Part shown: one piece after another, positions 18,342-27,160 of the stretch | Layout: the number at the start of each line of letters is the position of its first letter | How positions within the stretch are numbered: position 1 is the first letter of the stretch | Virus record (IMG/VR): IMGVR_UViG_3300048848_000241 | Coordinates: 1-44,060 of that record | Reading direction: 5' to 3' (one strand) | Origin: a virus | Taxonomy: Duplodnaviria > Caudoviricetes | Length of the DNA stretch: 44,060 bases | Made by a program: the position numbers and the translations under genes | Notes under the pieces: model-generated | Seen by the model: only the letters and a program-made list of their open reading frames with translations | Told to the model about the DNA's origin: nothing | Database searches by the model: none

Positions 18342-18572
18342 TCAGGAGAACGGATCAGCAGGCTTCGCGATGGAGCGAACGAACCACATGAAGCCTTGCT
18401 GCAGATTGGTCTTAGCCAAGGCCAGCAGTCGCGGATCGACGCCTTCGATCTGGCCAATCTGCTTGAACAGCTCGCCGGCATCGGCCTCCAGGGCCTTGAT
18501 GGAGTTCATGCCGTCGATCTCGCTCTGGCTGAGGTCTCGGTAGCCGGTGATTTTCTTGTGCTGGTTGTCCAT
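18342..18572 (-). CDS. acb2: Acb2-family anti-CBASS cyclic-nucleotide sponge protein
   Basis: [44 protein letters not shown] closely matches the Acb2 termini as recalled (Y11, K26 retained); GAGG RBS. Confidence 0.88.
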   Translation of the reverse strand: [76 protein letters not shown]

Positions 18573-18588
18573 GGTGGAATCCTCTTGG

Positions 18589-19632
18589 TCATAGTCCTGC
18601 ACGCTCAAAGGCGCGCGGTTCTAGCTGTTTCAGCTCGTCCAACGTGATCTGCTTGCCGTTCTGGTCCACGAACTTGTCCAGGGTCAGGTCGCCCTTGCTG
18701 AACAGCTTGTGGCGGGCCGGGCCAAGCACGTCCTTCTGGAACGCGGCAGGCTGGCGGGCGAGCCATTGCTGGTAGGTGGTCTTGCTCGAAACCTGTTCGG
18801 CGCCGTCCGGCCCCACTGCTGGCCTGACCGACCCGGGTATCTCCCTTTCGAACTCAGGCTTGAGCACCGGTATCTCGGAGGTGCGGCAGTTCCAGTGGAA
18901 CGGAGGCGACGGCGCATCCATGGGCACGACCTTGTTGTCGATCGACCGGCAGAACGGCGATGTGCGCCCGTCCAGCGTAGCGATGCGGCGCTTGCCGGCC
19001 AGGATGTCGTCATTGGCCTTGAATGTCTCAGTGCGCGCCGTGCTGGCCACATGGTTGGTCACCGTGCGCACCAGGGCCGATGCTTGGTCCTGCTGCATCT
19101 GGTGCATGCTGGTCAGGCGCCGGGTGATCTGCTGGCTGGTTTCGCCCAGGGCAGAGCCGATCTGGATCTCACCGACGATCTCAGCCGACTTCTTGGTGCC
19201 GAACTGATCGAGGGCGCCGGCAATGCTGATCCGCTGCACGCCGGCGCGAGCCTCAAGCTGCAACGGCTCAGCCAGGGCAGCGGCAGCCACCAGGTCAGCA
19301 GCAGGCGTCTGCGTCTGGACCACCGCAGTGACCACCTGCCCGAGCATCTTGGCGCTGAATGCCGCCTCATACCCGGCGAACTCGCCCAGATCCAGCATGG
19401 CCTGGCCTTTCATGTCGCTGTAGATGCCCTGCAGGTCTCGCTGGAGCGTGTCTATCTGGCTGTTGAACCGTCGGGTGCCGTAGGCGCTCAGGCCGCCGCG
19501 TACGGCTTCCTTGGCCTTGCTGATGGCCTTGGTGATGAACTTGGCCGCCCGCTTCAGGTTGCCGCCCGCATAGCGCTGGACGTAGATCTGATGCCGGGTT
19601 GTCGCGTCGGTGAGATAGCCTTCACTGCTCAT
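18589..19632 (-). CDS. Minor head protein (Mu gpF/SPP1 gp7-like)
   Basis: ATLDGRTSPFC..PPFHWNCRT motif. Confidence 0.9.
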   Translation of the reverse strand: MSSEGYLTDATTRHQIYVQRYAGGNLKRAAKFITKAISKAKEAVRGGLSAYGTRRFNSQIDTLQRDLQGIYSDMKGQAMLDLGEFAGYEAAFSAKMLGQVVTAVVQTQTPAADLVAAAALAEPLQLEARAGVQRISIAGALDQFGTKKSAEIVGEIQIGSALGETSQQITRRLTSMHQMQQDQASALVRTVTNHVASTARTETFKANDDILAGKRRIATLDGRTSPFCRSIDNKVVPMDAPSPPFHWNCRTSEIPVLKPEFEREIPGSVRPAVGPDGAEQVSSKTTYQQWLARQPAAFQKDVLGPARHKLFSKGDLTLDKFVDQNGKQITLDELKQLEPRAFERAGL

Positions 19633-21076
19633 CGTCTTCACCGGTTGGCGGTTCGTTGCCCGTGTCGCTGCCGGTCACCGGCGGCTGGGCCTCGATGTCG
19701 GCGTCGATGTCGTCATCCGTGCGGTCCGATTCCAGCACTCCGGCCTGACGCAGCTTCGTGCGCAGGTCGGTCTTGGCGATGATGCCTTGTTGCCAGAGCT
19801 GCATCTGAGCCAGGATCGCCTGGGAGTCCATGCCTTGCTCGAAGAACTCTTGCGAGATCCAGAAGACTGTCCCCGCCTCGTCCGGCTGACCCATCATGAA
19901 GCGCTCGGCATCGAGGATCGCCAGCCTCAGCGCCTCGGACACGTTGCCTGCGATGGTGCCCAGCACGCTGTTGTCGGAGCTGTAGCGGATCCGCACAGCC
20001 TCTGCCGTCTCAGCACCGCCGCCCTGCTGGACGATCCGAGCGCCGATCATCAGCATCTGGTCCTCTTTGTCCTTCATCAGCTCGCGGGCCAGCTGGGTTT
20101 CCTTGGCCTGGAGCATGGTGGCGGTGCCGACAGCGCCGAGGTTGTGCCCGCGCCGGGATCCGATGTGGATGCCGTTCGGGTTGGCCTTCACCCATTCATC
20201 GGTGGTGATGTTGGTTGTGATGAACAACGTCGGCTGCGAGGCGATGAATCCAGCCTCCTCCACCGTGGCGCTGTTGCCATAGTGCAGGATGTTGACCTCG
20301 GCGATGTCCTCCAGCGGCCCCTTGTCCACCGCGGCGTCGTTGTTCTCGGCGCCGTAGAAGTGGAACGGGATGTGGTCGAAGGGGTTGCCGTCCTTGTCGG
20401 TCGGCGTGCTCTCCTCGCCCTCTGGCGCATCGTCGCGGTACACCCGCTGGCGGTACACGCCGCCGTCGAGGATCAATGCCCGGTACTGGTCGACCACTTC
20501 GAACTCGAAGCCGTCCAGCGATGGCCGGTTGATGTGCTCCAGCAGCACCACCAGGGTCAGCTGCTTGCGGCCGCCGATCACGTCCTCGCGCCAGTTGATG
20601 ATGCTTTCGGCTGGGTAGTGATGAACCCAGGCCTGCATACCCGCCGATTCAGCAGCGGTGCGCGGGCGACCTGTCTCACCTTCAACCCGAGGGTGATCAG
20701 TAAGGAACCCGCCCCGACCAGTGTCCAGGCACTCCCCTACAGCCTCCTTGGAGATCTGCTCAAGGCTCATGCCGTCGCCGCTGGCGTTCTCCAGCAGGTA
20801 CTGCACGGCAGATGGAAGCTTGACCTCAGCCGTCTTGCGGAAGACCGCCCCCAGCAGCCCGACACGCGTGCGGCCGGTGATGTTGAGGAACATGGCCCGC
20901 TTCTTGAGTTGGGCGTACCGCTCCAGGTTCTCGGTGGACTTGTTCGTCGGGTCCGGCATCGGTAGGTATTCGTCCCACTTGCGGACCTCTCGGGCACCGG
21001 CCACGCATCGCTTGACCAGGCGCCAGCCCGGCAGAGCATCGCTGTACTCCTTCCGGGTGGTGCTGTAATTCGGCAT
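19622..21076 (-). CDS. Portal protein (DUF4055-type)
   Basis: 484 aa immediately after terL. Confidence 0.87.
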   Translation of the reverse strand: MPNYSTTRKEYSDALPGWRLVKRCVAGAREVRKWDEYLPMPDPTNKSTENLERYAQLKKRAMFLNITGRTRVGLLGAVFRKTAEVKLPSAVQYLLENASGDGMSLEQISKEAVGECLDTGRGGFLTDHPRVEGETGRPRTAAESAGMQAWVHHYPAESIINWREDVIGGRKQLTLVVLLEHINRPSLDGFEFEVVDQYRALILDGGVYRQRVYRDDAPEGEESTPTDKDGNPFDHIPFHFYGAENNDAAVDKGPLEDIAEVNILHYGNSATVEEAGFIASQPTLFITTNITTDEWVKANPNGIHIGSRRGHNLGAVGTATMLQAKETQLARELMKDKEDQMLMIGARIVQQGGGAETAEAVRIRYSSDNSVLGTIAGNVSEALRLAILDAERFMMGQPDEAGTVFWISQEFFEQGMDSQAILAQMQLWQQGIIAKTDLRTKLRQAGVLESDRTDDDIDADIEAQPPVTGSDTGNEPPTGEDDEQ

Positions 21077-21083
21077 GGTGGCC

Positions 21084-22358
21084 TCAGAATGTGAACGTGA
21101 CGGGGATGTCGGCGACCGGCTTTACGATCGGGTAGAGGTAGGCCAGCGGATAACCGGCCGCATCGTTCAGGTGGTCGACGCCGCTGGACTTGTCCGGCAT
21201 TCCGTTCTTGTCGTAGGACTGCTGCTCGATACCGTCAGTGAGGTTCGGGCAGCGGTTGGTGTTGATCTTCAGCCGCCTCTCGCCTCGACCATTCAGGATC
21301 AGCGCATTGACGGCGTTGACTCGGTCAGGGATAGCTGGGTTCTGCCCATTCACTCGTATCGAGAACCCCGCCTGCCTCAGGATGCTCAGGTCAGACTCGC
21401 TGGCGTTCTTGCTGCTGGCGTTCTGGCCCGAGGCGTCCGGGAATATCTGGATTGGGTGGCCTTTGTCCTTGTAGCGAGTCTTGAGCAGTGCGGCCATGTC
21501 GGGCGTGTCGCGTCCGTCCGTGATCTCCGCCACAGCGACAGGCCAGCCATCACGCTGGACGTAAACCACGGCGCTCATCTTGAGCCGGTTGAAGTCCATT
21601 CCGATCAGCAGCGGCTCACGGTCGTTTTCGACTTCGTCAGTGTGATTCAGCTTGCGGCAGAAGTCCGGGTAGACGCTGCCGCTATTCAAGTTGGTGAACT
21701 TGCCTTCGATGTAGGCCGCGATCAGCGCTGGCGGGTAGCTGTCGCGCAGGGAATCAACGTAGTCATCCGGCAGGAAGGGGTTCGTGTATGTCGCCGCCTG
21801 AACCATCCTGTAGCCGGGCTTAGGATTTCTGCCCCAGGTGTCGTATACGAACCTGAATCCTTCTGGCGTGGTGTAGGCAGACACCCTATTCAGCGGATCA
21901 GCGCCCTCAGGCTGCTGACGATTCCGAGCGATGATCTTCTGCCAGGCCATTCGAGCCTGATCCTTCTTGAGCGTGTCGATCTCGTCAACGTGCGCTCGAT
22001 AGGACTGATAGCCGACGATGCGCGCCGGGTTCTCCAGGGTCCGCAGAACGAAGTCACCACACTGGCCAGAGCTGGTGTAGATGATGTTCTCCTGCTTGTT
22101 GTACTTGTAACGAATGCCCATGTCGGTGAGCTTCTCCTCCATGCGCGGGGCAAGGATGAGGCGCACCAGGTCATAGGTGGGCTCGTACAGGGCGATCAGC
22201 GCACTGGACGACTGCAGGGCATCACGGACGGCGCAATTCGCCATGGTCTCCGTCTTGCCAGTGCCGAAGCCACCCACGAACGCCGGGTACTTGTCAGGCA
22301 GTTGATAGAACCGCGCTTGCGGCTCCGTCATTTGAATTCTCAGGATTCGACCGGCCAC
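21084..22358 (-). CDS. terL: Terminase large subunit
   Basis: Walker A GGFGTGKT, Walker B AHVDE, nuclease GMDFN..DHLNDA; GTG start with GAGGTG RBS inferred. Confidence 0.93.
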   Translation of the reverse strand: MAGRILRIQMTEPQARFYQLPDKYPAFVGGFGTGKTETMANCAVRDALQSSSALIALYEPTYDLVRLILAPRMEEKLTDMGIRYKYNKQENIIYTSSGQCGDFVLRTLENPARIVGYQSYRAHVDEIDTLKKDQARMAWQKIIARNRQQPEGADPLNRVSAYTTPEGFRFVYDTWGRNPKPGYRMVQAATYTNPFLPDDYVDSLRDSYPPALIAAYIEGKFTNLNSGSVYPDFCRKLNHTDEVENDREPLLIGMDFNRLKMSAVVYVQRDGWPVAVAEITDGRDTPDMAALLKTRYKDKGHPIQIFPDASGQNASSKNASESDLSILRQAGFSIRVNGQNPAIPDRVNAVNALILNGRGERRLKINTNRCPNLTDGIEQQSYDKNGMPDKSSGVDHLNDAAGYPLAYLYPIVKPVADIPVTFTF

Positions 22359-22833
22359 CGACCACCTCGATTTCAATCTTGGCCACTGGAGGCTGTTCAG
22401 GCGGATTCGACTTGATCAATTCGGCACGCGTCCTCTCCAGGCTCTCGATTCGCGCTGTTAGGCGGTCGATCAGCCCTGAGTAGTCGCGAACCTTGCTGGT
22501 AGTGGTCGTACCGCCATTCTCGCCGGTCTCATGCTTCTCACTGTCGATCTCAAGCGTGTTGCCGTGCTCGTTCTCCCGAGCCAGCGCACGCATCAAGCGA
22601 ATACGGGTCAGGCGCAGTTCATCGTCCACGCGCCCCAGTTCAATGCTGGCGAGCATGTCGTTCTCTGCTTCGGATAGGAACCGGCTGTAGATCGAACCGG
22701 GCGTGGCGGCGTTCTTGTTCGCCTTGGGCGCACCAGTGCTCTTGCCGCCGTGTAGTTTGCACCGCGAGGAACCCGGAACAGCGTGGCGCTTGCATGGTTC
22801 CCCTGAGCGCGTTTTAGCGCCGCATAGGGCCAT
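22294..22833 (-). CDS. terS: Terminase small subunit (HGGxSTG motif)
   Basis: CGAKTRSG..CKLHGGKSTG motif; overlaps the terL start. Confidence 0.82.
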   Translation of the reverse strand: MALCGAKTRSGEPCKRHAVPGSSRCKLHGGKSTGAPKANKNAATPGSIYSRFLSEAENDMLASIELGRVDDELRLTRIRLMRALARENEHGNTLEIDSEKHETGENGGTTTTSKVRDYSGLIDRLTARIESLERTRAELIKSNPPEQPPVAKIEIEVVGGRSNPENSNDGAASAVLSTA

Positions 22834-22897
22834 GGTACGACCTCATTCATGGGGTTGTTTTCGCTGAATGACTCATTGAACGTCGTTCGAACGTCAT

Positions 22898-23086
22898 TCA
22901 ACGATCATTCGTCAGATCCAGCCACTCCTCGATGATTCGCTGTATGACGGGCTCGGTCAGGATGTGCGATGGCTTGGAGCCCTTGGCCACATCCTCCAGC
23001 AGGGATACCGGGAGGACATGCGCAGCGTCACTGGCGTGGACGACCACATGGGGTCGCATGTCATCGATGGCAACGACATTGCCCAT
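22898..23086 (-). CDS. Hypothetical 62-aa protein
   Basis: GAGGAG RBS, between the holin pair and terS. Confidence 0.6.
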   Translation of the reverse strand: MGNVVAIDDMRPHVVVHASDAAHVLPVSLLEDVAKGSKPSHILTEPVIQRIIEEWLDLTNDR

Positions 23087-23097
23087 GGGTCACTCCT

Positions 23098-23134
23098 CGC
23101 GCCACGAAACGGCGCACCTCGAGTTTGTGGCGCG
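23098..23134. repeat. CGCGCCAC-N21-GTGGCGCG inverted repeat, copy A
   Basis: Read directly; intergenic. Confidence 0.85.
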
Positions 23135-23136
23135 GA

Positions 23137-23448
23137 TCACTCGACCGGTTTGCATGGACCGCAGTCGAGACGGCGGCAGATCCAGCGCTTCACCCTTGGC
23201 CAATACGTGACCATGAAGATGTGGCGCAGGCCAGCCAGCGCGAGCGCAACGTGCATCGTGACTCCGGCAGCGTTGGGGGTGAAGAAGAGTCGGTCCGAGC
23301 GGGCCAGGATGGCGTAGCCGCTGATCGCGATGACGGCGTACAGGATCTTGCCCAGCACCCCGTCACGGACCTTTCCGCTCAAGGCGCACCAGGTGGCCCA
23401 GAAGGCGATGATCCCGGCTGCAATCGCATTCACGTATTCGTAAGTCAT
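23137..23448 (-). CDS. Membrane protein, holin/antiholin partner
   Basis: Three hydrophobic segments, basic C-terminus, coupled to the holin gene. Confidence 0.65.
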   Translation of the reverse strand: MTYEYVNAIAAGIIAFWATWCALSGKVRDGVLGKILYAVIAISGYAILARSDRLFFTPNAAGVTMHVALALAGLRHIFMVTYWPRVKRWICRRLDCGPCKPVE

Positions 23449-23771
23449 GTGCTAGGCCCTCCGAACTTGGACCTGATGACAGACCATAGATCGGCGGCTT
23501 TGATCGCTCGGGTAACGGCGGCGATGAGAGATCCGCCGAAAGTGCCGAGAAGAAAGCCCACGCCCGCAACGCTGCGCGGCTCGGTGATGCCGAAGTAGGC
23601 GCTGACCATACCGGTGAGGTAATGGGCGCAGGCCATGCCGGTGAGCAGGAACAGAACCCAGGCCTTCCGGTCGAGCAAGTCGTCCTTGTGCCATCGAGTG
23701 GCGACGAGGGCCCCTAATAGGCCCGCAATCATCCAGTCGAACTTCTCGAGCAGGCGGTGGAAGCTCTCCAT
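23445..23771 (-). CDS. Putative holin
   Basis: 108 aa, three TM segments, GAGG RBS, early in the late operon. Confidence 0.7.
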   Translation of the reverse strand: MESFHRLLEKFDWMIAGLLGALVATRWHKDDLLDRKAWVLFLLTGMACAHYLTGMVSAYFGITEPRSVAGVGFLLGTFGGSLIAAVTRAIKAADLWSVIRSKFGGPST

Positions 23772-23871
23772 GCTCGACCTCTCGCTGTGCATGAATGAAA
23801 AAGCCCCGGCGTATGCCAGGGCTTCTGATTTGGGGGGCGCACTCAGCGGCGTGCCTTTATGCCGGAATTTA

Positions 23872-24183
23872 TTAGGTTTCGTTAGCTGGAGCCCGCACCT
23901 TACGGCGCAGATCTTTCGGAGCGAGCACGTCACCTGCCACCGAAAATATCCCAACACCGCCTGCCAACGCCATGGAGCCTTTGGTCGTCATCGCTAACTC
24001 AAGAAAGTCAGGACTGAAGGCCGATGAAACCAAGACTGCAAACGGAACGATCGTGGCACCGTTCAGGAATGCGACCACACACTCGTCCTTCTTAATGCTG
24101 AACCCCTGCATTAGGTATCGCAGGATCACGGAAATGAAGCCTACAACTACAGTCCAGGCATCTAGGCCCAAGTCGAATGGCAT
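23872..24183 (-). CDS. Small membrane protein (moron gene 2)
   Basis: 103 aa, three hydrophobic segments, lower GC. Confidence 0.6.
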   Translation of the reverse strand: MPFDLGLDAWTVVVGFISVILRYLMQGFSIKKDECVVAFLNGATIVPFAVLVSSAFSPDFLELAMTTKGSMALAGGVGIFSVAGDVLAPKDLRRKVRAPANET

Positions 24184-24184
24184 T

Positions 24185-24355
24185 TCAGATGATGGCCACA
24201 AATTTCAGCGTTGCAACAGTGCCACCCGCACCAATAAGAGATGCCAGACCAGCCGCTCCAAAGGACGACGTGTCGAAGCCAAGAAGACCGGCGATCGCTA
24301 CGCCAACGATCGCGCCTGAAAAAACTAAGCGTAACGTTCTGAAGTCCAGAGTCAT
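24185..24355 (-). CDS. Small membrane protein (moron gene 1)
   Basis: 56 aa, two Gly-rich TM segments, AAGGAG RBS. Confidence 0.6.
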   Translation of the reverse strand: MTLDFRTLRLVFSGAIVGVAIAGLLGFDTSSFGAAGLASLIGAGGTVATLKFVAII

Positions 24356-24548
24356 TTCCCTCTCCTTGAGGCAAGCGGTTGCTAAAACGGGGCGCATTCT
24401 GCGTCACGTGTTTACGTTATGCAACGTTTCGACCACTAAATCTAGAGGGTAGATCCGTCGGATTTCGACGGAAATTGGCGCTTTTCGGCCAATATATTGC
24501 CGACATAGTATCACTATGCCCTCAAAATCATCTCTAATCTGCGATGTT

Positions 24549-24584
24549 CGCGCCACAATTTGAAATCTCTCATTTCGTGGCGCG
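24549..24584. repeat. CGCGCCAC-N20-GTGGCGCG inverted repeat, copy B
   Basis: Read directly; intergenic, downstream of the late-leader terminator. Confidence 0.85.
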
Positions 24585-24632
24585 GATGTTTAGATTTCTG
24601 AATTTTCGACAAGCGGTGCGAGCCTCACAAAC

Positions 24633-24663
24633 AAAAAACCCCGGCTCTAAAGCCAGGGTTTTC
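24633..24663 (-). terminator. tR'-like terminator of the late leader
   Basis: AAAACCCTGGCT-TTAG-AGCCGGGGTTTTTT on the minus strand. Confidence 0.75.
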
Positions 24664-24706
24664 TGTTCCACTCCTCAACAACGCGCAGGAATGACAGGAT
24701 GAGGGA

Positions 24707-24736
24707 ATATTGGCTCATTGGCTCACTTGAAGTCAA
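24707..24736 (-). promoter_or_regulatory. Late promoter pR'-like with tandem TGAGCCAA repeat (putative Q-binding element)
   Basis: TTGACT-18-CAATAT directly after the Q-like stop; 8-bp direct repeat in the spacer. Confidence 0.65.
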
Positions 24737-25278
24737 GCGGCATTTGCCACTAAAAGGCCTTCATCGTCGAGAATGTGCTGAGCCTCGACCAAAGCCTCGC
24801 TCACAGCGCCCTCCAGCGCCTTTCGAATGTCACGCCTCCACCGCTCCTGCGTCTTGATCGGGTGAGGCTCGTTGCTCCAGTTGTCCATCTCGTACCAGGC
24901 GGCCGGCAGGACGTTGGTGCTGCGCTTCCCGTCGACACCCGGCAGCTTCGGCATTGCCCAGGTCAGGATGGCGCAGTGGCGGAATCGCTCCGGGGCCGGC
25001 GAGCGAAACGAGCGGGTGATCTCCTCGATGGCCGCGTGCTTGCGGTCGACGTGTGTGGAGTATTTCGCCACCAGGTGCCGCCAGTGCTCACGACTCAGGT
25101 TCTTGTGCAGACGGCTGAACACCATGCAGTCGATCAGGAATGCAGCATCCTTGCCGACGATGGCGCCCTTTTGCTTGACGCACTGGACCTTCGGCTCGTA
25201 ATCGCACCCGCCGGCAGACTTGATCGTCTCAGCCGCCAGGGCCCGCACCACCGCCGAGATCACGTTTTGGTACATCAT
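24733..25278 (-). CDS. Putative late antiterminator (Q-like)
   Basis: Last gene of the nin region, followed by promoter plus terminator; C-terminal helical basic motif. Confidence 0.65.
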   Translation of the reverse strand: MMYQNVISAVVRALAAETIKSAGGCDYEPKVQCVKQKGAIVGKDAAFLIDCMVFSRLHKNLSREHWRHLVAKYSTHVDRKHAAIEEITRSFRSPAPERFRHCAILTWAMPKLPGVDGKRSTNVLPAAWYEMDNWSNEPHPIKTQERWRRDIRKALEGAVSEALVEAQHILDDEGLLVANAA

Positions 25279-25415
25279 GCCGCCACCCCCTTGCGCTTGC
25301 TCTTCTCGATCACTGCGTCTTGCGCCTCACGCTTGCGCGCCAGGGCCAGGCCCATCGCCAGGACCAAAGCCGATCCGGCGAGCTGCAGGCCAATAAATCC
25401 GATTGCGAGTGTCAT
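25275..25415 (-). CDS. 46-aa single-TM protein
   Basis: MTLAIGFIGLQLAGSALVLAMGLALARKRE..; ATGA-coupled on both sides; not in the ORF track. Confidence 0.6.
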   Translation of the reverse strand: MTLAIGFIGLQLAGSALVLAMGLALARKREAQDAVIEKSKRKGVAA

Positions 25416-25771
25416 GCAGCCTCCTTGATCGCTTCGATACGGACGCGTACGGCGCCGCCCTTGATGGTTTCCTTGCTCACCCTGATCTGGGTAGCGAATA
25501 CGTTGTCGTCGATGCCCAGGGCGTCTGCCAGACCGTCACGGCCCGCCTTGAACATCGCCAGCAGGTTGTCGTCGTCGCGGCGACGGCGATCCGGCGGCAC
25601 GAACTCGAGCATCAGCAGCGCTTCGCCGTCCGGGGCGGTCATCCGGGCCTGCTTGGCCAGCAGGTGGCAGGCGGCACGGTAGGCCTTGGCCGCCTTGCTC
25701 TTCTTCGTCCAGTGCACGCGCGCGTTCGGGCTGCATGCGGCCGGCGGCCACGGTAGTGTCAGGTCGTTCAT
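25412..25771 (-). CDS. rusA: RusA-like Holliday junction resolvase
   Basis: LPWPP..SPN, PPDRRRRDDDN, DGLADALGIDD motifs. Confidence 0.85.
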   Translation of the reverse strand: MNDLTLPWPPAACSPNARVHWTKKSKAAKAYRAACHLLAKQARMTAPDGEALLMLEFVPPDRRRRDDDNLLAMFKAGRDGLADALGIDDNVFATQIRVSKETIKGGAVRVRIEAIKEAA

Positions 25772-26070
25772 GCAGCTCCCTTCACAGTCAAAATCCCAGC
25801 CCTGATCAGGGCCTCATGAGTCTCAGCGATAGCCCTTGGCATGTCGGACCAGTCCACCTCGCCCTTCCCGCGCCCATCGAGCACGTCATGGCACCCGCTG
25901 CAGGCGTACACCGCCACGGTGTCGAAGCCCTTCATGCCCATGCCCTTCTGCCCACATGGCAGGTGGGCCAGCACTGTGGTCTCCGGGTTGAAATTGCAGG
26001 TGCCGGGGATGCGCACGGTGCAGTCCTGGCCGCGGGCGCTTTCGCGAACTTTCTTGGATACGACTCTCAT
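25768..26070 (-). CDS. DUF1364/YbcO-like nuclease-domain protein
   Basis: RESARGQDCTVRIPGTC..ETTVLAH..ACSGCHD. Confidence 0.82.
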   Translation of the reverse strand: MRVVSKKVRESARGQDCTVRIPGTCNFNPETTVLAHLPCGQKGMGMKGFDTVAVYACSGCHDVLDGRGKGEVDWSDMPRAIAETHEALIRAGILTVKGAA

Positions 26071-26741
26071 AGCGACTCCGTGACCACTTGATTGGCAATA
26101 TCCGCTCGCAACTGGCCGCTTCTGCTGCGCAGAGCTGCCGCTACCAAGCGGTTGAACCCAGGCCGCTCGGCGTACCAATAAACAAGGCGGTCTATTTCGT
26201 CAGCCTTTGCTCGCTGCCAGGCGGAATGAGCCAGGTCCTGGCTTTCAAATCGACCGAGCCTTTTGTTCTTTCCGGAAAGGCTGATGCAAGCACCAAACTT
26301 GCCGCGATCAGCCTCCCAGCTCACGCCAATAGGGAGACCTTTTGCCTTGCCCGTGATCAGCAAGTTGTTGATCCGCTGTGGAACAAAACTGCATGCCTCA
26401 GCCGAGTAAGACCTGCCACCGCAAATCAGGATGTCTTTGTCGAGCGCATACCGCTTGCCGTCGCTCTCCAAGAGATCGAATCCCGGCTGCCCCACCGCCC
26501 AATCAGCGAAATACTCAAATGATGAAAAATCATTACTGACGCCGCTGTAGGATTGGTGCGACTTGGCGACGAAGCTGTTTGGATTGCATCGATCAACCAT
26601 GGAATTCCAAAGATTTCCCAGTCTGGTGTACCTGCACTCCAGAACATCACCATTTTTCACAGTCCAAGAGCTCACCCACTTACCACCGGCGTCCTGGAAG
26701 TTGTCCCAGCCATGGGTGCTAGTTTTTTTGATTAGGCCCAT
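26067..26741 (-). CDS. HNH-like homing endonuclease with AP2-like DNA-binding domain
   Basis: LDKDIL..YS...CSFVPQRINNL and LPIGVSW..RLGRFES..AH motifs; lower GC. Confidence 0.72.
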   Translation of the reverse strand: MGLIKKTSTHGWDNFQDAGGKWVSSWTVKNGDVLECRYTRLGNLWNSMVDRCNPNSFVAKSHQSYSGVSNDFSSFEYFADWAVGQPGFDLLESDGKRYALDKDILICGGRSYSAEACSFVPQRINNLLITGKAKGLPIGVSWEADRGKFGACISLSGKNKRLGRFESQDLAHSAWQRAKADEIDRLVYWYAERPGFNRLVAAALRSRSGQLRADIANQVVTESL

Positions 26742-26743
26742 AG

Positions 26744-27160
26744 TTAATACCTCCCCTCCCACAAATCCTTCTGGCTCCACCGGACGCCGTGCTCGGCGCC
26801 GAAGGCTGCAATCCACTCCAGCAGGCTCGCGCACTGCTTCACGCTCAGCTTGCTTGTGCGTTCGTAGACGACGTCAAAGCCGTTACCGTCTACCGCTGGT
26901 ATCAGTTGAGGCTGTTCGCCGCTCTCACGCAGCCAGGCGGCCGTCAGGAGGCGTTTCCAGATCAGCACGTCCCACTTCTTCCCGGCGTGCTCGACCTGGT
27001 TGGCGATATCGGACAGGCAGGCGTGCAGTTTCTTGTTCTGCTCGCCGCTGCGGTCCTGGTCCTTGATGACGATCTTCTTGGGCCGGGTGAAGTCCTGGGC
27101 CTGGAGCATGCCAAGCAGGCGGTTGGCGTCGGCCATGCTGTGCATCACGAAGTCAGTCAT
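26744..27160 (-). CDS. ninB: NinB-family recombination protein
   Basis: RSGEQNKKLHACLSDIANQV..WK..TSKLSV..AFGAEHGVRWS. Confidence 0.88.
   Translation of the reverse strand: MTDFVMHSMADANRLLGMLQAQDFTRPKKIVIKDQDRSGEQNKKLHACLSDIANQVEHAGKKWDVLIWKRLLTAAWLRESGEQPQLIPAVDGNGFDVVYERTSKLSVKQCASLLEWIAAFGAEHGVRWSQKDLWEGRY

Noticed and set aside
15863-18391. 842-aa plus-strand ORF (also 19787-20965, 21075-22415, 18709-19782)
   Set aside because: Antisense shadows of strongly codon-biased GC-rich head genes; no RBS or recognisable motifs
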